Assembly (NCBI RefSeq): GCF_004010195.1
Contig: NC_057718.1
Span: forward strand, 76,291,826 to 76,332,794
Length of the DNA stretch: 40,969 nt
Origin: Chiloscyllium plagiosum
Taxonomy: Eukaryota
Direction of reading: 5' to 3'
The translations under genes were made by a program, and so were the position numbers. Every line of letters begins with the position of its first letter. The first letter of the stretch is position 1. The notes beneath the pieces were generated by a model that ran no database searches, was not told where the DNA came from, and saw nothing but the letters and a program-made list of their open reading frames with translations. Below are positions 34,469 through 40,969 of the stretch, piece after piece.

Positions 34469-35092
34469 TTGATTGAATTTTTCAAAGAGGTAGCCAAGTG
34501 TGTAGATGAGAGCAATGCATTTGATGTAGTCTATTTGGACTTCAGTAAAGTTTTTGATAAGGTCACACTGATAGCAAAGTCAAGAGGCTATGGGATCCAA
34601 GGAGATTTGGCTAGTTGGATTCAGAAGTGGCTGAGTAGCAAAAAGCAAAGAGTGATGGTTGAAGGGTGTTTTTCTTTGACTGGAAGTCTGTGTCCAGAGG
34701 GGGTCTGCAGGAAATAGTATTGGGATCTTCCCTGTTTGTGGTGTATATAAATGATTTAATCTTGAATATAGGGAGGTTGTTCAGTAAGTTTGTGAATGAT
34801 ACAAAAATTGATGGGATGATAAATAAACTAGAATATTGTGTGCAGTTCTAGAATCCACACAGAAGAATGTTATTGCACTGGAAAAGGTGCAGAGGAGATT
34901 TACCAGTACATTGCCCAGGCTGGAGAGTTTTAGATATCAAGGGAGAATGGACAGACTGAGATTGGCTTCCTTGAAGCACAGGAGATTGAGGGGGGCATGA
35001 TTGATATGTATAAACTTATGAGGAGCACAAATAGGGTATACAGGAAGAAACCTTTCCTCTTGGTGGAGGGATCAATGACTAGGGTCTGGCCC
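34469..35092 (+). mobile_element. CR1 RT fragment
   Basis: DVVYLDFSKVFDKV, LFVVYINDL and KFVNDTKI. Confidence 0.9.
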
Positions 35093-35528
35093 TTCCACAT
35101 CGAGCCATGAATAACAAATAATTCATTTGGTGAAGAGGCTGTGAACACCTCTATTCTCAATGAACAGTGGACCAATCATTTCAGTACACAAGATGAGACT
35201 GAAGCATGTAGACCCATTTTCAATGAGAAGCAAGTTGAGATCCACTCCATTACAGATGCTTCAAAGGTAACCCTATTTCCATTTTTTATAGGTATGTTTA
35301 TTGCAAAAAGAAAATTTAAATTTTTTTTTACAAAATTACAAAAGTAATACAAACAACTATAAACATCAAAATTAAATAAATAAGAAAATAAATAATAATC
35401 AAAAAATAGGAGAAAGAAAAACCCAACTAACTTAACCCAATCTATCCTACGAACAACCAACACACAAAATAGAATATTATACATTACTAGCAATAAACAA
35501 CAAAATAATTAAATAACTAGATACATGC

Positions 35529-38500
35529 TCAAAATGTTTTACAGAATAATTTCATTTTTTGGTGCACCATATTTGTGAGGAAGTCAAGAGGGATATATTC
35601 CATGATTAACCTGTGCCCATTCAAAGGTCCTGGAGGGCCTTCAGCTACCCAGTTCACTAAAATACTTTTCCTTGCACAAAAGGAAAGAATGGTAAATAAT
35701 TTCCTCCCGTACACATCCAGGGAGGGAAAATCTGAAGAGCCCAAAAGCAGGGACACTGGATCCAATCTAATCTCCGTACCCAAGATCTCTGTCAAGGCAT
35801 TCGCTGCTCTATCCCAATACCTGCGGATCTTATGGCATGTCCATAGACAGTACATGAGAATGCCAACTTCTGTTTTACATTTAGGACACATTGGGGATGC
35901 TCCTGCCTTGTATTTTGTGGGTCATTTAGGTGCTAATGAGCCCTGTGGAATATCTTTAATTGAATAGCCTGAGTTCTATTACAAATAGAGATCTATCTGG
36001 CATTTTCCCAGAAGTCCTCCCACATTTCTAATGAGACTTCCAACCCTAATTCTTGATTCCAGGTTTTAAATAATCATTCCATGTCCTTGGATACTTTATT
36101 ATATTATGAGTGATAAAGAGTACTAACCGAGGGGGGCCCCTTCAGCCATAGCACTCTCATTTCCCTATCCGATTTGTAGGGATTAATTATCAGTGCGGTC
36201 TTCTTTTGTATATAGTCTCGTATTTGGAAATACCGATAAAGGTCCCTGTTAGGCAATCCAAACTTCTGGTGCAACTGCTCAAAGGACATCATAAGCCCCC
36301 CATCGAACAGATCTCCCAAGTAGGAGATACCTCTAGACTTCCAAGTTTTAAATGTAGTATCTGTCACCCCTGGCTGAAATCCCAGTGCTCCCATTATAGG
36401 AGTATGAGGGGAGGTTTTTTGCAGGTTACCCTTATCTTGTCGCATTATCCTCCAGGCTTTAATTGTATTTAATACAATCGGGTTTTTACAATAGTCCATA
36501 ATAGCTCTCATCTTGTCCATAAATAAAAGATTGATGAGGGGACATTTTGCTTGGGAGTTCTCAATATCTAACCAGATTGATTGTGAGTCACAAGAGACCC
36601 AATCAGCTACATAGGATAATAAGGAGCTCAATTGATACCTCGTAAAATCTGGAAAGTCCACTCCTCCCCTTGCTTGTGGAAGCTGCAGCTTTTCTAATTT
36701 GATAAAGGGACCATCTATGATTCCAAATAAAGGAACCGAGCCAGCAGTAAAGCTTACCCAACACCTGTCTCAGTAGCATCAGAGGGAGCATTCTCAAAGA
36801 TATAGAAAACGAGGTAGAATATTCATCTTAACTAGGCTACTCTGCCTAACCATGATATTGGAAGATCTCACCAGCTTTGAAGATCCTGTCTTATTTTCTC
36901 TAATAAGTGCATGAAATTAGCTTTATACAGCTGTCCAAATACTGGGGTGACAAAAATACCTAAGTACAGAAATCATTCTGTCCGGCAAATTGGATACACT
37001 GGCAAGACCTCCCATTGGCATGGCCTCAGATTTCATAAAATTGATTTTATAGCCTGAGAACATACCAAATAAATTGATCACTTGGATTAGATGGGGCATG
37101 GATATCAAAAGGTCACTTAAGAAGAGGAGGACATCTTCCGCATATAGAGTGATTTTATGTTTGCCCAATCTAACCCTCGGAGCCATTATGTTAGGGTCAG
37201 TTCATGTAGCTTCTGCCAGTGGTTCAATCACTCGCGTGAATAATAATGATGAAAGAGGACATCCCTGACAACAACCCCTGCCAACTCTAAAGCTATCCGA
37301 ATGTAAACCATTGGTGATTACCGCTGCTTTGGGATCATTATATAATACTAAAACCCATTTAATAAATACCTCTCCAACACCAAACCTTTCCAGTGTATAA
37401 AAAAAGATATGGCCATTCTACCCAATCAAATGCTTTCTCTGCATCCAAGGAGACAGCTAAACCCAGTATTGTTCCCTGTTGACAAGCTTGTATCACATTT
37501 AAGACCCTTCTGATATTATCAGTTGACCTGCGGCCCTTTATAAAACCCGTCTGGTTCTCTTTTATGATGTATGGTAAGACCGTCTCCAATCTTAATGCTA
37601 ACATTTTAGAAAAAAATGTTGAAATCCACATTTAATAAGGATATGGGTCTATATGATGAGTAATCTTCTGGGGCCTTTCCGTTTTTAATAATAGGAGAGA
37701 TATTTGCTTCTCCCAACGAAGGCGGGAGGCAGCCCTGACTGTGAATAATTATACATATTTGTGAGTGGACCGGCCAGTTCCCCTCTAAATTCTTTATAGG
37801 ACTCAACCTGAAATCCATCTGGTCCAGGCGCTTTGCCACGCTGAAGCTGCCTAACCGCGTCGAGTACTTCCTGGGTTGTCAGGGGGGGCATTCAAGATCG
37901 ACACCTGCTCCGAGGTTAAGCCCGGAAGGGCCAAATTTTTAAAGAAGGATTCCATCTTCTCAATTCTATCCTCAGAGTCCTGCGATTTATACAGTTCAAA
38001 ATAGAACTTTCTAAAGGCTGTATTGATCTTTTTACAAGTCAGGGTACCAGCACTTTCTCTAATGGACGTAATGGCTTGAGGAGTCTTTTTCTTTCTGGCA
38101 AGGTATGCTAGGTATCTGCCAGGCTTGTCGCCATATTCAAATAATCTCTGCTTTGCGATTAATATTTCCCTCTTTGCTGTTTGGGTAAGTGCGATATTCA
38201 AGGCTGTCCTAAGGGCTGTGATCCTTTGTAGCTTAGTAATGGAAGGCCTGTTAAGATACGCTGTCTTAGCTGCCTTCAAGTGAGCCTCGAGCAAGTGCTG
38301 TTGCTCTCCCTTTTGTCTTTTCCAGGTTGCAGAATATGAGAATATGAATTCCTGCAAAAAATACTTTATAAATTTGCTATCCTTCAATAAGAAGAGATCC
38401 ATTCGCTAATATCGGGGGTCTATCCCATCATCCCTAATCTTGACTTCCATATAAACTGCGGTATGATCAGAAATAGCTATATTACCTATTTTACAAGAAA

Positions 38501-39156
38501 GTATGGAATTCAAAAGGGTCAAGGAGGCAAAAAACATATTAATTCTGGTATAGCACTTGTGTGGGTTAGAGTAAAACATAGAGTCTCTACCCTGGGGGTG
38601 AAGGCACCTACATACATCCACAAGCCCTAACTCCTTTTTCAGATCCGCGAGTTGTCTAGATCTTAGAGATATACCCGTAGTGCTCTTAGGTATCCTATCT
38701 GTCTCTGGGTCCATAATACAGTTAAAACCTCCTCCTATAATTGTATGGCAGACTCCAAAAGCCATCAGCTTAGAGAACACTTCCATTACAAATTTAAAGG
38801 GGTGCGCAAGGGGGGCAATAAAGATTCAAAATTCCATATTCCTCTCCATGTATTAGGGCTTTGATCAATATATACCGTCCAGACTCATCTTTTATCTAGC
38901 TTAACATTTGGAAAGGAAGATTCTTCCGAATAAGAATGGCTACTACCCTACATTTTGATCTGACAGATGAGAAAAAAGCCTGATCAAATCCACCCAGCTG
39001 TAGTTTTAAACGTTCTTTGTTAAGTAGATGTGTCTCCTGTAAGAGAGCCACATCAACCCTTTCTTTTTCGAGACTTGATAATACCTTTTTCCTTTTAATT
39101 GGTGAATTACTCCTCTTGACATTCCAAGTGCACCACCTAAGTGAATGGCTAGCCAT
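35529..39156 (-). pseudogene. L1 ORF2p (APE endonuclease, RT, C-terminal Cys-rich), multiply disrupted
   Basis: TWNVK, LLQETHL, ISDH, KAPGPDGF, YRPISLLNVD, SLDAEKAFD, LYAEDVLL and CPKC...CLWTC. Confidence 0.93.
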
Positions 39157-39484
39157 GATCATCCAGGCAAGCGCGAGACCCTCCAGGAGGAAGATCCCCA
39201 CTCAAAGAACCTTGAATAAAGACTGTAGAAAATTCACAAATACAAAAATTCTTTAAAACATTTAAACCAACACAATTAAAAGCTATTCCTAAGTGAAAAA
39301 AACAATGCAAAACATATTTGAAAGGAGACTTTCTCCCTTGCTCGCAAGGGGCATAACTACCTATCGATAACTCCACCATTCTATAATGCCCTCGGCCCAG
39401 GCATTATAGAATGGAGTAGACAAAATCAAGTATTTTCTAAAACCAGAGTTAAAAGTGAGTAACCGTTTCCCCTTCCCCCCCCCC

Positions 39485-39544
39485 NNNNNNNNNNNNNNNN
39501 NNNNNNNNNNNNNNNNNNNNNNNNNNNNNNNNNNNNNNNNNNNN
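39485..39544. other. Assembly gap (60 N) in the L1 inter-ORF spacer
   Basis: N run next to a poly-C tract, with a poly-G tract at ~39605-39618. Confidence 0.99.
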
Positions 39545-39663
39545 GGAAAAAAATGAGTGGAAGAAGGATAAAGAAAAAAAAGAAAACAAAAGGGGTGTTA
39601 ACAAGGGGGGGGGGGGGGAGGTGCAAAATAAAGTCATTATCCATACAGTTCGAGTCCTGCAGT

Positions 39664-40519
39664 CTATTGAAGAGAGTCCAAGAATTCTTTTGCTTTTTCT
39701 GGTGACCCAAAGTTGTAAACGGATCCTCCATGGCTGAAGGGCAGTGTTGCTGGATAACGCATGTAGTATTGAATATTTAGGTCTCTCAGATGCTTCTTTG
39801 CCTCGTTGAATGCCCTCCTATTGCGGACCACGGCTGGAGAGAAGTCCTGAAATAACATTATTCTGGAACCCTTATGCATCATGGCCTGAGGATCCTTCCC
39901 TAGGACTCTGGAGGCTCCCAGGAGCATTTGTTTTTCTTTGTAGCATTGGAGTCGGATTAGAACCAAGCGGGGATGCTGGTCCGACCTAGGCCTGCGTACA
40001 GCAACCCAGTGGCCCACTCCACCCGCACCCGGCCCAGTCCCAACTCCAACTTCAATAACTGTGGGAGCCATCGCTCCAGAAAGTCCACAAGCTGGCCTTT
40101 CTCTTCCCGTTCGGAAAGGCCCAGCAACTGAATATTTTTCCGACTGCCCCGATTGTTGAGGTCGTCGATGCGCTCCTCCAGGGTCTGGATTCGCTGCTCA
40201 AGAGCCTGGACCTGACCTACGGATGACTTGGCAGCCGTTTCCGATGCAGCGGCCCATTGCTCTGCCCCACCGACGCGCTGCTCAAGTTTTTCGATTTTTC
40301 GGTCATGCTTCTACAGCATGACCGAGATTGACTCCCACTTGGACCGGGACTCCTCAATAAAAACGTCGATCTTCTCTTGAAGTTTGGTGATCCTGGAGAG
40401 CAGGCTTGCCTCCACAGGTAAGTCCCCCGAGACAGCTGCGAACGTCTCTGCTGCTGCGGGAGGGGGTGGGGAAGGGTCCCTGCCTGTTGCGAGCTGCGGG
40501 AGTTTTTGCCCTTAATCAT
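39664..40519 (-). pseudogene. L1 ORF1p (frameshifted)
   Basis: Coiled-coil LEQRIQTLEERIDDLNNRGSRKNI, PRLVLIRL, IMLFQDFS and YYMRYPATL motifs are spread across different frames. Confidence 0.88.
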
Positions 40520-40844
40520 TTTAAAAACAACACTAAACTATCCAAGTTTGATTAAAATGACTAACTATGCTGGACAAAAGCTATCTTAAATGATTTAAAA
40601 GGGTGAGGTGAAGGCGGGTGCTCAATTTACCAGAGTCTTAGGCAGACCACTACAGACTCAGACTTGCTGGGTATGCCGCCATCTTGAATCTCCCCTATTT
40701 CCATTTTACAATTTCTTTATTCAGTTGGCACAGGTGTACTTGATAATTTTTGGCAAATGTCTGCAATCACTTGATGCTATCTTCTTTGGTTAGTATCTCC
40801 TTATGAGACATTTAAACAAATTGCCAACACAGCTCATTTACTCT

Positions 40845-40969
40845 TTACACCCCATCCACCTGGACACCCCGTGCTGGCCTCCTACCTGCCCTCGACCTCT
40901 TCATAGCCAACTACCGCCGCGATATTAACCGCCACCTGAACTCCCCCACCCCTCTCACCCACTCCAACC
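40845..40969 (+). mobile_element. Penelope-like ORF fragment running off the window
   Basis: PSTWTPRAGLLPALDLFIANYRRDINR resembles the pre-RT region of shark Penelope ORFs (from recall). Confidence 0.6.

Larger units (their letters stand above)
35286..40692 (-). mobile_element. Full-length, inactivated L1-clade LINE with 15-bp TSD
   Basis: TSD CCCTATTTCCATTTT at 35271-35285 and 40693-40707; 5' YY1-type CAAGATGGCGGC; ORF1, spacer, ORF2, AATAAA and a short A tail. Confidence 0.95.

Noticed and set aside
39468..39620. Poly-C/poly-G tracts as a structural element
   Set aside because: They flank an assembly gap, so their lengths and spacing are unreliable.

Overview
Vertebrate genomic DNA. The repeat families (CR1, HE1-like and Deu-type SINEs, Penelope, L2, L1) point to a shark, probably a bamboo-shark relative; this is an inference. 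The only host gene I can support lies on the minus strand: a CpG-island first exon (30758-30728, MAGRRSLLLE) spliced across a 26.76 kb intron to a 100-nt second exon (3967-3868, ALDRSTAQSDCGFKSKWSCEEVKKEDSAVNTEK). The joined peptide resembles the N-terminus of the SUMO protease SENP6. Neither exon appears in the supplied ORF track. Most of the rest is transposon debris: many CR1 fragments, Penelope-like elements carrying at least seven minimal hammerhead ribozyme motifs (two with intact cores), a full-length but frameshifted L1 with a 15-bp target-site duplication, a likely Harbinger transposase fossil, Tigger-like MITE ends, RTE/L2 fragments and SINEs. I found no convincing wholly new system. 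The best leads are the hammerhead set (including one Penelope end inserted into another's ribozyme core), a uORF ending 8 nt before the main ATG, competing splice donors with a candidate poison exon, and Penelope-derived long hairpins in the intron. Family assignments come from motif recognition, not database searches, and repeat boundaries are approximate unless a TSD is given.
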